This document shows positions 9,112 to 19,334 of a stretch of 64,000 bases of DNA, piece by piece. Origin of the DNA: Eubacteriales bacterium (GTDB taxonomy: Bacteria; Bacillota; Clostridia; Oscillospirales; CAG-272); assembly GCA_045587445.1 (NCBI GenBank), contig JAZNCH010000065.1:1416-65415 (forward strand), written 5' to 3'. Made by a program: the position numbers and the translations under genes. How positions within the stretch are numbered: the first letter of the stretch is position 1; each line of letters begins with the position of its first letter. The notes under the pieces were generated by a model that did not search any database, was not told the DNA's origin, and saw only the letters and a list, made by a program, of their open reading frames with translations.

Positions 9112-11985
9112 ATGGAAGCATTTTTTCTTAGGCTGCTTAATATGAGCATTACTGCAAGCTGGCTTGTACTTGCAGTCATAATGCTACGCTTTTTGCTGAA
9201 AAAAGCTCCCAAGTTTTTGACCGTTGCATTATGGGCAATGGTTGCTGTACGCCTCATTTTTCCCTTTTCGATTGAAAGTATTTTCAGCCTTATTCCAAGC
9301 GCTGAACCAATACCTCAAAATATTGTTTACTCCTCGAAGCCTACTATAAATACCGGAATTGATGCTTTTAACTCCACCGTAAATCCTATTATTTCCGAAA
9401 GCTTAGTGCCAAATTCGGGAGACAGTGCGAATCCGCTTCAAATTATAACGGCTGTTGCGGCTGTTGTATGGCTTATAGGCATTAGCGTTATGCTGATATA
9501 CAGTATTATTTCATATTTATATATTAAGCATAAAGTTAGGATTTCGCTTCTGTACAAGGACAATATTTATTTTTGCGACAACATTGACTCTCCGTTTATT
9601 TTAGGTATAATACGCCCTTGCATCTACCTTCCGTCAAACATAAGAGCAGAGGATATAAACTTTGTTATACAGCACGAAAATGCCCATTTGAAAAGAAAGG
9701 ACCATTTTTGGAAACCGTTAGGCTTTGCCCTGCTTTCTGTATATTGGTTTAACCCGATACTGTGGGTAGCATATCACCTATTATGCCGTGATATTGAACT
9801 TGCATGTGACGAAAAGGTTATAAAAGATTTTGACACCCACAACAAAAAAGGATATTCGGAAGCACTGATAACCTGCAGTGTACACCGAAGAACAGTAATG
9901 GCTTGTCCACTTGCTTTTGGTGAAGTCGGCGTAAAAAGCAGAATCAAATCGGTTTTAAATTACAAAAAGCCGGCTTTTTGGATAATAGCAACAGCATTAG
10001 TGGCTTGCATTGCTCTTGCCGTATGCTTTTTAACTGACCCGTACAAAAATGACGGTATTGATAAAATCACCCACCAAAAAGGTTATACTATTATTGAACA
10101 GTCAGAATATGAGCTTACGTTAAATATTCCCAAAAGTGTAATTTCTGATAAGGCATACACAGAAGACGGACTGCACTTTGAAAAGGACCAAGTTATAGTA
10201 TATCAAACAGATACCACCAAAATATACTTAGAATCAATATATCCGGTCTACGGCTCAACCGACACCGTCTGGTTAAATTTCGATATGTCATACGATAACC
10301 TTGACAAATCCAATAAAGTTTTAACTGCTGACAAAATAGGTACCGAATCCCTCTCATTCTCCAACACAGTTTACCTTCCCGATAACATATTAAGAGATGA
10401 CGTTAACGAATACGAAAAAGCGGTAAGAAAAGGCTCTTCAGGTCCTTCTAACCGTTTCGGATTGTACGCAACAACAGAAATAGTTAAAAATGCTGTAGGC
10501 TCCATAAAAATAAACGTTATATGTAACCAAATAGAATACGAAAAGAATTCTTTATTTTTAAAAAACGATAAAATATCCGAACGTCTTTCAGTATTCCTTG
10601 ACGTTACTATATACAATCACTTTGCAAATGACAAAACTGTAGACAACTATCCCGTTATGGATTATGAGATACTCGGTACAAATAAGAACGGCAACGTAAC
10701 GACTGTATATATGTGGGTTCTTTACGAAGAGTACAGTTATGATAAGAAGCTTGTATTGGAAACGGGTGCACACATTCTTACAGCGATAACGGTGAAAAAG
10801 GTTAATGACTATTATGAGCTTGTCGAATACTGGGAACCGTGCGACGGCTCGTATTATGATGATGATATAAAGGAAAAAATACCTTTGCATCTTCAATTTA
10901 AGGCTTTTGATTCTCAAAAATATGCAAAAAAGCAAGGGGAAATATGTAAACAAAAGGCTCTTGATTATTTCAGTTCTCTCAATACTTCGCAAAACACCTT
11001 ATCTGAAAAACATCTGAGAGAAAAGTTTCCCGATTATTTTGATATACCCGATATAAAAGGTATTGAAATGTATGTTTGGGTAACAGAAGAGGGTACGTTA
11101 GGATACGGTATTCTGCCCGGAACTAACTATAATAAGACCTTTGATGAAATCAAAAGTATGAAGCCTGCAACCTCGGAAGAAATAAAAGCCATTATATCCA
11201 CATACGGTATCTCGATTGAAGAGTTTACAGCGGTTGCCATTACGGTTACAGATACCGATTACAAATTCGGCTTTGCAAATAGATATGACTATTTGAGAGA
11301 ATCCGTTCCCGAATATTTTGGACTTCCAACAGACAAGGGTCTTGAAGTTTACGTATGGCAGTTAGCTGAAAACTCATATTTCTGCGGTCTTCTTCCGGGA
11401 CAAAACTTACATTATTCGGATAATAGGCTATGGAACTTGAAGCCCACAACAATTGAAGAAATGAAATATATTCTCGGAACCTATGATATTAACCCAAATT
11501 TGATTTCCATTATTCCGATTGCCGTACCTCATTCAAGCTATATTTACGAAATAGATGCCGAATACTGCAAGAGGCTCGAATCTATGTTTTTCGACGAGTG
11601 GGGTCTGTATATGGGCGTAAATTTAAAAAACGATAATGAATTTGAAATAGAATTTAAGCATACCGCCACACATAAAAGCACTGAAGGCATACTAACTACC
11701 GGCCCCGACTATGATATACGCGCGCTATACGACGGAGAAACTATCTCCTTCGGCGACTATATGCGCAACGTTTTGAATAAAGAATATGAAGACAAGACTC
11801 TTTCGTGGGACGCCGTACTCTACACCATTCCTACTAACGGAACTCTTTCTGTTGACGGAAATCTGGGGACTTTCTGCACTGACTTTCCAAAAGGCGAATA
11901 TGTATTATGTAAGCCGGTATATCTTGAACACGAAAACGGAGAACGTGTTATGAAAATGTATACCCGCCGTTTTACAGTTTCGTAA
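9112..11985 (+). CDS. M56 family metallopeptidase (BlaR1-like sensor) with a large extracellular region
   Basis: TM helices, SPFILG, HENAH zinc motif, WFNP, ELACDE. Confidence 0.9.
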   Translation: MEAFFLRLLNMSITASWLVLAVIMLRFLLKKAPKFLTVALWAMVAVRLIFPFSIESIFSLIPSAEPIPQNIVYSSKPTINTGIDAFNSTVNPIISESLVPNSGDSANPLQIITAVAAVVWLIGISVMLIYSIISYLYIKHKVRISLLYKDNIYFCDNIDSPFILGIIRPCIYLPSNIRAEDINFVIQHENAHLKRKDHFWKPLGFALLSVYWFNPILWVAYHLLCRDIELACDEKVIKDFDTHNKKGYSEALITCSVHRRTVMACPLAFGEVGVKSRIKSVLNYKKPAFWIIATALVACIALAVCFLTDPYKNDGIDKITHQKGYTIIEQSEYELTLNIPKSVISDKAYTEDGLHFEKDQVIVYQTDTTKIYLESIYPVYGSTDTVWLNFDMSYDNLDKSNKVLTADKIGTESLSFSNTVYLPDNILRDDVNEYEKAVRKGSSGPSNRFGLYATTEIVKNAVGSIKINVICNQIEYEKNSLFLKNDKISERLSVFLDVTIYNHFANDKTVDNYPVMDYEILGTNKNGNVTTVYMWVLYEEYSYDKKLVLETGAHILTAITVKKVNDYYELVEYWEPCDGSYYDDDIKEKIPLHLQFKAFDSQKYAKKQGEICKQKALDYFSSLNTSQNTLSEKHLREKFPDYFDIPDIKGIEMYVWVTEEGTLGYGILPGTNYNKTFDEIKSMKPATSEEIKAIISTYGISIEEFTAVAITVTDTDYKFGFANRYDYLRESVPEYFGLPTDKGLEVYVWQLAENSYFCGLLPGQNLHYSDNRLWNLKPTTIEEMKYILGTYDINPNLISIIPIAVPHSSYIYEIDAEYCKRLESMFFDEWGLYMGVNLKNDNEFEIEFKHTATHKSTEGILTTGPDYDIRALYDGETISFGDYMRNVLNKEYEDKTLSWDAVLYTIPTNGTLSVDGNLGTFCTDFPKGEYVLCKPVYLEHENGERVMKMYTRRFTVS

Positions 11986-12048
11986 AGCATTTAAAACCAC
12001 CGTATCAAAAACGGTGGTTTTTTGCTTTTATTTTCTTCTCAAAAAGCC

Positions 12049-12077
12049 TTGAAAAATGGAAATGTGTATAGTATAAT
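12049..12077 (+). promoter_or_regulatory. SigA promoter of the acpP operon
   Basis: TTGAAA-N17-TATAAT. Confidence 0.65.
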
Positions 12078-12113
12078 ATGTGTGTTAAAATTTGTCTAAA
12101 AGGAAGCAATAAT

Positions 12114-12338
12114 ATGGTAGAACAAGTAAAGAATGTTATTGCGGAACAGCTTGGCATATCAGTTGAAGAAATCGACCTTGATTCAGACATTATGGAAGTA
12201 TACGGTGCAGACTCTCTTGATGCCGTTGATATGGTAATGACTTTTGAAGATATGTTCGGTGTATCTGTTCCCGACGAAGATGCGATTGAACTAAGAACAG
12301 TTCGCAAAATCGTAAATTATATTGAAGAAAACAAATAA
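12114..12338 (+). CDS. acpP: Acyl carrier protein
   Basis: Acidic 74-aa protein with the GADSLD phosphopantetheine site. Confidence 0.9.
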   Translation: MVEQVKNVIAEQLGISVEEIDLDSDIMEVYGADSLDAVDMVMTFEDMFGVSVPDEDAIELRTVRKIVNYIEENK

Positions 12339-12366
12339 ATTTAAAAAATATATTGGAGTTAACATT

Positions 12367-13545
12367 ATGAAAAAGGCAATCATGTACGGCGGCGGTAACA
12401 TTGGACGCGGTTTTATCGCTCAACTTTTTAATCTTTCAGGCTATGAGGTAGTTTTCATTGACGTTGTTGATGCACTTGTAGAAAAAATGAACAACGACAA
12501 GGAATACCCCATTTATATTACAAAGGGCGAATCTTACGACAAGTACACAGTTACCAACGTAAGAGCAGTAAACGGCAAGGATGAAAATGCAGTTGCAGAA
12601 GAAATTGCAACGGCTGACGTTATGGCTACGGCAGTTGGTGTAAACATTTTGAAGTTTATCGCAAAGCCTCTTGCAGCAGGTATCGAAAAGAGAGCTTCCA
12701 TAAACGGTAAGCCCCTCAACATTATAATCTGCGAAAACAAGATTGACGCAGACAAGTATCTCCGTTCTTTAGTTAACGAACACCTCTCCGACGCAGGTAA
12801 GAAATATTTTGAAGAACAGGTAGGCTTGGTTGAAGCATCTATCGGCAGAATGGTTCCCGCTACCCCCGAAAATATCAAGGCAGAAAACTTCCTCGCAGTA
12901 TGCGTTGAACCCTACTGCACACTTCCCGTCGACAGAAACGGTTTCAAGGGCGAAATTCCCGAAATCAAGAATATGGAACCCTTTGCTCCCTTTGAATTCT
13001 TTATTCAGAGAAAACTCTTTATGCACAATATGAGCCACGCTGTTACAGCATATCTTGGTAACCTCTGCGGCTATGAATATATTTGGGAAGCAATCGACGA
13101 TGCAAGAATCAGATACGTTGCACTCAGAGCACTCCTCGAATCCGCCCTTGCAATGCATAAGGAACACGGCGTTGATATAGCAGAGCTTCTTGACCACTGT
13201 TATGACTTGCTCAACAGATTTACAAACAAGCTGCTCGGCGACACCATAGCAAGAGTTGGCAGAGACACACAGAGAAAGCTCAACAAGGAAGACAGAATTG
13301 TTGGTGCACTCAACCTCTGCAAGAAAATGGGCGTTGAAGCAAAATATCTTTATATTGCAGTTGCAGCAGGTCTCCACTTCGGTCCCGAAGGCGATGACTC
13401 CTCTATTGAAATTGCAAGCTTTACAAAGGAAAACGGAGTTAAAGCTGCTCTTGCAAAATACTGTGAAATTACAGACGAAAAAGACGTTAAGGCTATTGAA
13501 TGCTGGTACGAAAAACTTAAAAGCGGCATTGACTGCGTTAAATAA
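12367..13545 (+). CDS. Mannitol-1-phosphate 5-dehydrogenase-family protein
   Basis: GGGNIGRGFI, TAVG, ICEN, RKLF..N, RVGR..RKL motifs. Confidence 0.82.
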   Translation: MKKAIMYGGGNIGRGFIAQLFNLSGYEVVFIDVVDALVEKMNNDKEYPIYITKGESYDKYTVTNVRAVNGKDENAVAEEIATADVMATAVGVNILKFIAKPLAAGIEKRASINGKPLNIIICENKIDADKYLRSLVNEHLSDAGKKYFEEQVGLVEASIGRMVPATPENIKAENFLAVCVEPYCTLPVDRNGFKGEIPEIKNMEPFAPFEFFIQRKLFMHNMSHAVTAYLGNLCGYEYIWEAIDDARIRYVALRALLESALAMHKEHGVDIAELLDHCYDLLNRFTNKLLGDTIARVGRDTQRKLNKEDRIVGALNLCKKMGVEAKYLYIAVAAGLHFGPEGDDSSIEIASFTKENGVKAALAKYCEITDEKDVKAIECWYEKLKSGIDCVK

Positions 13546-13557
13546 TAAGATTCGCTT

Positions 13558-14235
13558 ATGAAAAGAACCAAGCTTATCGACAGAAAGCTTCCGGGATACA
13601 CAAAAGGCGAAGAGATATTTAATATGGTTTCACATATCGTAGGTGGCGGTTTTGGCGTAATTGCCCTCGCCACCTGTGTTATATACGCCTTTCTCTTCAG
13701 CGACTTGTACGGAATCGTAGGCAGTTTTATTTACGGCATTTCGATGATAATGCTTTACACAATGTCAAGCATATATCACGGTCTGCATATCGGTACGGCG
13801 AAAAAAGTTTTTCAAGTTATCGACCATTGCACGATATTTATTTTGATAGCGGGAACGTATACGCCTATAGTTCTCTGCTCTATCAGAAGCGTTAACGCTC
13901 CTTTAGGCTGGGGAATATTCGGCTTCGTATGGGGCGTATCTATTCTCGGAATAGTGCTTAACGCGATTGACCTGAAGAAATACGCAACGTTTTCGATGAT
14001 ATGCTATATAGGTCTCGGCTGGTGCATAGTTTTTGGTGGAAAGGCAGCCTTAACCGCAATTTCCTTTGGCGGAATGATGTATATCCTCGCAGGAGGTATC
14101 GCCTATACCGTAGGAGCCGTATTTTACGGCGTTGCCGCAAAGAAGAAATGGCGTTATATCCATTCGGTATTCCACCTATTCGTCGTACTCGGAAGCATAT
14201 TGCAATATATAGCAATAATATTTTACATACTATAA
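13558..14235 (+). CDS. Hemolysin III (PAQR) family membrane protein
   Basis: EE..N..SH, SSIYH, DHCTIFILIAGTYTP, HSVFHLFV. Confidence 0.93.
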   Translation: MKRTKLIDRKLPGYTKGEEIFNMVSHIVGGGFGVIALATCVIYAFLFSDLYGIVGSFIYGISMIMLYTMSSIYHGLHIGTAKKVFQVIDHCTIFILIAGTYTPIVLCSIRSVNAPLGWGIFGFVWGVSILGIVLNAIDLKKYATFSMICYIGLGWCIVFGGKAALTAISFGGMMYILAGGIAYTVGAVFYGVAAKKKWRYIHSVFHLFVVLGSILQYIAIIFYIL

Positions 14236-14666
14236 CCTACTTTCTTGAAAGAAAGTAGGCAAAGAACTTTACCAGTCTTGTTTTGTGTATACCCAAAGCC
14301 TCTCACTCCGGGAGAGGTGGCGGCGAAGCCGACGGAGAGGGCTACTTTTAAAGAAAAGAAAGTAGGCAAAGAACTTTACCTCTCTTGTTTTGTGCAAAGA
14401 TAAAATATGGTCATCCCCTCTATGCACAAACTGTAGACGAGCAGAAACATTGTTAAACCTCCATCTGACGAGGGAGGTGGCATTTTGACGTAGCGTAAGC
14501 GAAGACAAAATGACGGAGGGAGAGAAAAATATTAAGTCTTGGTATTAAAACCAAGTACTATTTTAGCTTAGTGCGTGGAACTTGTTACAGCTCTTCAAAC
14601 TCTAACGGCTCGCTCTCTCCCTCAGTCGCCTTCGGCGCCAGCTCCCTCCTCAGATGGAGCTAAAAC
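14236..14666. repeat. REP-like repeat cluster (three families)
   Basis: CTACTTT...AGAAAGTAGGCAAAGAAC twice; GGGAGAGGTGGCG...GACGGAGAG; inverted pair of CCTCCATCTGA-GAGGGAG units. Confidence 0.85.
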
Positions 14667-14744
14667 ATAGTCTCTGCTTGCCTGTGGCTTGTGCACAAAC
14701 AAAAAATTTGCCTCCCCATTAAATTTGGGGAGGCATTTTCATAT

Positions 14745-16691
14745 TCACTTCAATTCACTTTCGGGAATAACCTTGAGTTTGTATTGCGAAAGAACATATA
14801 TATATTCATCTATATACGTTCCTCTGACTTTGTTTGTATCACCGTCATAAAGAAATTCATAGGCAACGCTTAATTTTTCATTTTCAAATTTAAATACCAC
14901 ATACCGTAATTTTTGACCGTAATTGTATCCGTACGAGGTAACACCCATACCTATATAACCGTTTTCTCTGTCTATATAATACGCTTTATAATTAGTTGAT
15001 ATATACGAATCGGGCATTTCTATAGCTGCAACGGAAACTACCTTATCGCCCTCTTCCTTGTATATCTCAATTTTAGGAGTACTCCAATCTTTTTGACCGA
15101 TTCCGAGCAGATACCCTTCCCCGAAGTCAACGAGAGAGGTAGAAAAGCCCTCAACGGTTCCGGTTTCTTTATAGGTAATCTTATCAAGATTCGAAAGGTC
15201 GAAGAAATATACAGGGTCGGTAAGCTGAACTGCGGTACAAACGTATGCAGTATTGCCGTCAAACCTTGCAGACTTTACGTTTTCACCTTTAGGTGCAAAT
15301 CTTTCAACCTTGCTTACAACCTTTAGCGTATTTATATCAATACAGAAAAGACTTGCGTTTCTTCCGGTATCATCATCAGAAAATCCGTAATGACCTAAAT
15401 CTGTATGCCATATTCTATATCTGTCCGTCGATGTAAACACCCTCAATATTCCGTTATATTCGTCCATACTGTATTGGTCGTTTACTTCGCCCTCGATAGC
15501 TACAGAACCCATATTTTTGAAACCGTCTCCGCTATAATCTATTCGACAGATTTCTGTCATAACAGAATTTACGGTATATTTATCCTCTTCCGTTTTTTCC
15601 TCGTTATATTCTCTTGTAAAGTAAAAGCTATCCTTGCTTGTATATATCACAGGATTATAGAATGATAACAAAGCGTAATCCGCATCAACGTTGAGTGTTT
15701 TTTCATCAAGCTTTGTCAAAACGGTGTAGCCCGAAGAAGAAAGCACGTCGGGACAGTATATATTGTCAGCCGATATAATATTAATTTTCGTTTCATTTTC
15801 GGTTGTATATGAGGGAACGTACTCTTTAACGTTTTTGTAGTTATCGGGTTCCTTTGCATAATAATTGCTTACAATATACAGCTTTCCGTCAACCATACGC
15901 GATGAAACAAACTCACCATCATATTTAACTATGTTCTTGAACACAACATTTGCAGGATCGCTGACATCAAGAGAAACAACATAAAAACGCCCACTTTGAT
16001 TATTATTGCAATATATAATAGTTACCGTCTTACAATCCTTTGACAAAAACATTTCAGCAGACTCGTCTGCCCCATGGTGTTGCATATCTACATTTTTTCG
16101 CTCGTAAATATCAAAACAACCTACACGCTTCGAGTCTTTACCTTCAATGGAATATATAGATAAGTAACCGCCGTCATAATAATAAATATACTTATCGCTT
16201 CTCTTGAAGAGGTCCCCCTCGATAACACCTTTTACCTGATTATCGGTAACCTCTTCGTAACTTTCGCCTTTACTTGTAGAAGTATCAACAATTTCCATAG
16301 AGGATTCCGGTATAAAAACACCGTCATCTGTCATATAGAAATAATCATCGTCTTCTGCCCCCGCATTTTTCATTGATGCTCTAAATAGGCTTGTAACCCC
16401 ACCCACAAGTGCCTCAAAATTATTTTTATATTTGGGCGGTTCGTAAAAGAAAGTATTCAGCTTGTCGATTACTTCATAGTATTCGTTTCCCGAATATTTC
16501 AAAACAGTGGGGATTTTTGCACTGTACGGTATAAACAAAACCAGACTCAGTGCAAACATAACCGCCATACAAGCCGCTAATATAATAAGCTTTTTCTTTC
16601 TTCTGAACTTTTTAACCGAAGACGGCTTTGCCTCTTCTATATATTTTTCATCAATATTATTCATCGCCAAAAGCCAAGATTCTTTTTTCAT
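14745..16691 (-). CDS. Putative anti-sigma factor with an extracellular beta-propeller domain
   Basis: N-terminal IDEKYIEEA motif, TM helix, NQVKGV.EGD, QYSMDEY.G.LRV, SARF, TDP..FDLS; overlaps the ECF sigma stop codon. Confidence 0.8.
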   Translation of the reverse strand: MKKESWLLAMNNIDEKYIEEAKPSSVKKFRRKKKLIILAACMAVMFALSLVLFIPYSAKIPTVLKYSGNEYYEVIDKLNTFFYEPPKYKNNFEALVGGVTSLFRASMKNAGAEDDDYFYMTDDGVFIPESSMEIVDTSTSKGESYEEVTDNQVKGVIEGDLFKRSDKYIYYYDGGYLSIYSIEGKDSKRVGCFDIYERKNVDMQHHGADESAEMFLSKDCKTVTIIYCNNNQSGRFYVVSLDVSDPANVVFKNIVKYDGEFVSSRMVDGKLYIVSNYYAKEPDNYKNVKEYVPSYTTENETKINIISADNIYCPDVLSSSGYTVLTKLDEKTLNVDADYALLSFYNPVIYTSKDSFYFTREYNEEKTEEDKYTVNSVMTEICRIDYSGDGFKNMGSVAIEGEVNDQYSMDEYNGILRVFTSTDRYRIWHTDLGHYGFSDDDTGRNASLFCIDINTLKVVSKVERFAPKGENVKSARFDGNTAYVCTAVQLTDPVYFFDLSNLDKITYKETGTVEGFSTSLVDFGEGYLLGIGQKDWSTPKIEIYKEEGDKVVSVAAIEMPDSYISTNYKAYYIDRENGYIGMGVTSYGYNYGQKLRYVVFKFENEKLSVAYEFLYDGDTNKVRGTYIDEYIYVLSQYKLKVIPESELK

Positions 16692-17245
16692 ATTTGTATT
16701 CCCTCCTTTAGAATAAACGCTTTAAAGCTCTTGCGAAGCCTTGTAAGCTTTACCTTAACATTACTTTCGGACAGTCCGCAGTCGTCGGCAATTTCTTTAA
16801 CAGTACTTAAATACCAATATCTGCGAACAAAGACTATTCTGTTTTGCTTGTTCAAGGAGTCAAGGAATCGGTTGATAACGTCTTTGAGTACCGTTTCTTC
16901 TGCAACAGGGTCGAAATCACTGTCGGAAGCGATAAAATCAGCAACCTCTTCAAGAGTCTCTTCAATAACCGTTGTTCTTTTCATAGCACGATTGTGGTAA
17001 TATCTGTTCAGTGAAAGATTACGAGTTATCTTCCCCAGAAAGAGCGACAAAACATTAGGTCGGTTAGGCGGCATTGAATTCCACGCATTCATATATGTAT
17101 CATTAACACATTCTTCCGCATCGCTGTCGGATTTGAGTATATTAAAAGCGATAGAAAAACAATATTTGCCGTACTTTTCCTGCGTTTTTGTAATCGCATC
17201 TTCGCTTCTCTCCCAAAACAGATCGACTATCATTTTATCTTCCAC
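16688..17245 (-). CDS. ECF sigma-70 family sigma factor
   Basis: DAEECVNDTY..AWNSMPP (region 2); FVRRYW...KEIA...SESNVK (region 4); GTG start after GGAGG. Confidence 0.92.
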   Translation of the reverse strand: MEDKMIVDLFWERSEDAITKTQEKYGKYCFSIAFNILKSDSDAEECVNDTYMNAWNSMPPNRPNVLSLFLGKITRNLSLNRYYHNRAMKRTTVIEETLEEVADFIASDSDFDPVAEETVLKDVINRFLDSLNKQNRIVFVRRYWYLSTVKEIADDCGLSESNVKVKLTRLRKSFKAFILKEGIQI

Positions 17246-17284
17246 CGATAACACCTCCTATGTTTTTCAAGGCCTTTCACCTAT

Positions 17285-17314
17285 ATAGACAAATTTTAAC
17301 TACCAAAGGTTACA
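17285..17314 (-). promoter_or_regulatory. Putative autoregulatory ECF promoter
   Basis: Minus strand TGTAACC-N16-TGTCTA just upstream of the sigma gene. Confidence 0.55.
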
Positions 17315-17436
17315 CACAAAACCAAATCTGTGTAAAATTTTTATATAAACAGCATTTATATAGTAACATATATATTTTATTTTTTCAACAAAAAGCTCCC
17401 CTATAAATAGAGGAGTTCTTTGGTAACGTAATTTGT

Positions 17437-18501
17437 TTATATAATTTTAATAACAGTATCGCAACGTTCTTTTACATTCATCTTTTCAAAATACACTTTT
17501 TCAAGCGGAATCCACTCATTAAAGAATCGCTTTGCAAGCTCGGGTGTATTTCTTTTTTCTATTCTTTTTTTCTGCAAACCCTCGTAAATATCAAGGAACA
17601 CTGAATAATTATAGTAATCTTTAAGCTCGGGGTGCATCGAATATGCCCCCTCAATAACGGTCAGCTTTTTGGGGGATATTTGTACTCCCTCTTCTATTCG
17701 CATACTTTGACAGTTAAATCTGCGGTAATTGACTATTTCTCCATTTATCAACGGTTGTAAAACCTCTTCGGAGAAACGCTCTCTGTCAACGTTACCGCCA
17801 ACCTCGGCAAACCTTTCAGCCGTTCTTTGCTCAAGCCGAAGAAAGAAATCGTCCATGTGAAATATCGTACAATCATAGAGCTTTTCAATCAGTTTACTCA
17901 ACGTTGTTTTTCCGCTTGCACTTCCACCCTCTACAGCAAGTCTTACACTTCCCATAGAAAGCCTTTTGTCAAGCTCGGTAAACAAAGGTAAAAAAGGTAT
18001 AAACTCATTTGCGATTAAGCGATATGCAGGCTTATAGTTTTCTCTAAAAACATCTGAATGATGGATAGGCGGGTAACCGTTATCTTTCCATTCTTGTACC
18101 GCATTTTCAAATTTTTCAGCACTAAAAGGAAGAAGCTCCTCACGCACAAGTTTTTTTGCAACCTCAAGTTTTGTCTCAAGGTTAGGAAGACCGCCAGCCT
18201 CTTTTTTTGCCGAAAGAAAAAACAGCTTTCCAAAAGTATCAACGCTTAACCCATCATTCAAATATGAAAGGTGAACTCTGCTGTAATTTCCGTCAAGCTG
18301 CTCGACGCTCATTCGGCTTACGCTTTTGGTACTGTCATATTCCTTGGATATATAATCGGTAACGCCCTCCAAGGAAGATATAAGATGCTCACAGCCAAAC
18401 GAGCTTTGGTATAGATATTTAAAAACGTCTTGTATTTGCAATTCGGGGTAGTCTTTATAATGCTTTATCAGCAAATCGCGGGTTCTCTCGCCCATTTCCA
18501 T
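17437..18501 (-). CDS. Uridine kinase/phosphoribulokinase-like P-loop kinase with an unknown N-terminal domain
   Basis: GGSASGKTT, HMDDFF, IEGAY in the C-terminal half. Confidence 0.8.
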   Translation of the reverse strand: MEMGERTRDLLIKHYKDYPELQIQDVFKYLYQSSFGCEHLISSLEGVTDYISKEYDSTKSVSRMSVEQLDGNYSRVHLSYLNDGLSVDTFGKLFFLSAKKEAGGLPNLETKLEVAKKLVREELLPFSAEKFENAVQEWKDNGYPPIHHSDVFRENYKPAYRLIANEFIPFLPLFTELDKRLSMGSVRLAVEGGSASGKTTLSKLIEKLYDCTIFHMDDFFLRLEQRTAERFAEVGGNVDRERFSEEVLQPLINGEIVNYRRFNCQSMRIEEGVQISPKKLTVIEGAYSMHPELKDYYNYSVFLDIYEGLQKKRIEKRNTPELAKRFFNEWIPLEKVYFEKMNVKERCDTVIKII

Positions 18502-18516
18502 ATATTTTCACCAATT

Positions 18517-19059
18517 TCAGTTTTTTGTATTTAATATTTTCGTGTTTTCAAAAAGCATTACGATAATCGGAATCAATACTATCTGAACAACAATACCGGG
18601 AACAGCATTCGTAAATGCACCCACAAGGAATGCAGCCAAAGTAAAACTATCGCCCTTTATTCCCAAACACACGAACATAGCCGCTCCCCAAACAAGTCTT
18701 CCAACCAACATTGATATAAATAAAGATATGTAAATGTAGATTTTTTTGCGAGAAAGCATTTTATAAACAATACCTGCTATAGCGCCGTAGGTTGCAAGTT
18801 CAAATGCCATACAAACTGCGGTGGGAAACATTGTGGGAAAACCGCCCGTAATTAACGACCTGAAGATAGGCGAAATAAAACCAACAACCAGCCCCCACTG
18901 CCAACCGCAGATAAAACCGCAAAGCAATACGGGGATATGCATAGGGCAAAGCATAGAGCCGATTTCGGGGATTTGACCGGTCAGAAATGGCATAACGTAA
19001 GCTAACGCCAAAAAGAGTGCGGCAAGAATCATTTTAATTAATTTATCGTGATTTTTCAT
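18517..19059 (-). CDS. ECF transporter S component
   Basis: About 6 TM helices, PMHIPVLLCG motif. Confidence 0.85.
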   Translation of the reverse strand: MKNHDKLIKMILAALFLALAYVMPFLTGQIPEIGSMLCPMHIPVLLCGFICGWQWGLVVGFISPIFRSLITGGFPTMFPTAVCMAFELATYGAIAGIVYKMLSRKKIYIYISLFISMLVGRLVWGAAMFVCLGIKGDSFTLAAFLVGAFTNAVPGIVVQIVLIPIIVMLFENTKILNTKN

Positions 19060-19334
19060 AGATAAAATTCCTCTAAACAATATGGATAAAGTTTACCACA
19101 AAGAGCGAAAATAGTCAAGTACGCAAAGGAAAAGAAGTATATAGTTTGAGTGAAGTTATAAAACTATTCATTTTGAAAAATCGCTTTAATAAATAATACA
19201 CAACAAAAAAACCGCCGATTCACATCAGCGGACTTTCACTTTTGGTCGGAATGTTCATAACAGACTTTGCCATTAGGCACTGAACAAAAAAGTGGGCAGT
19301 AACGGCACCCGATATTGGGAGCCGGCACTGCCGG

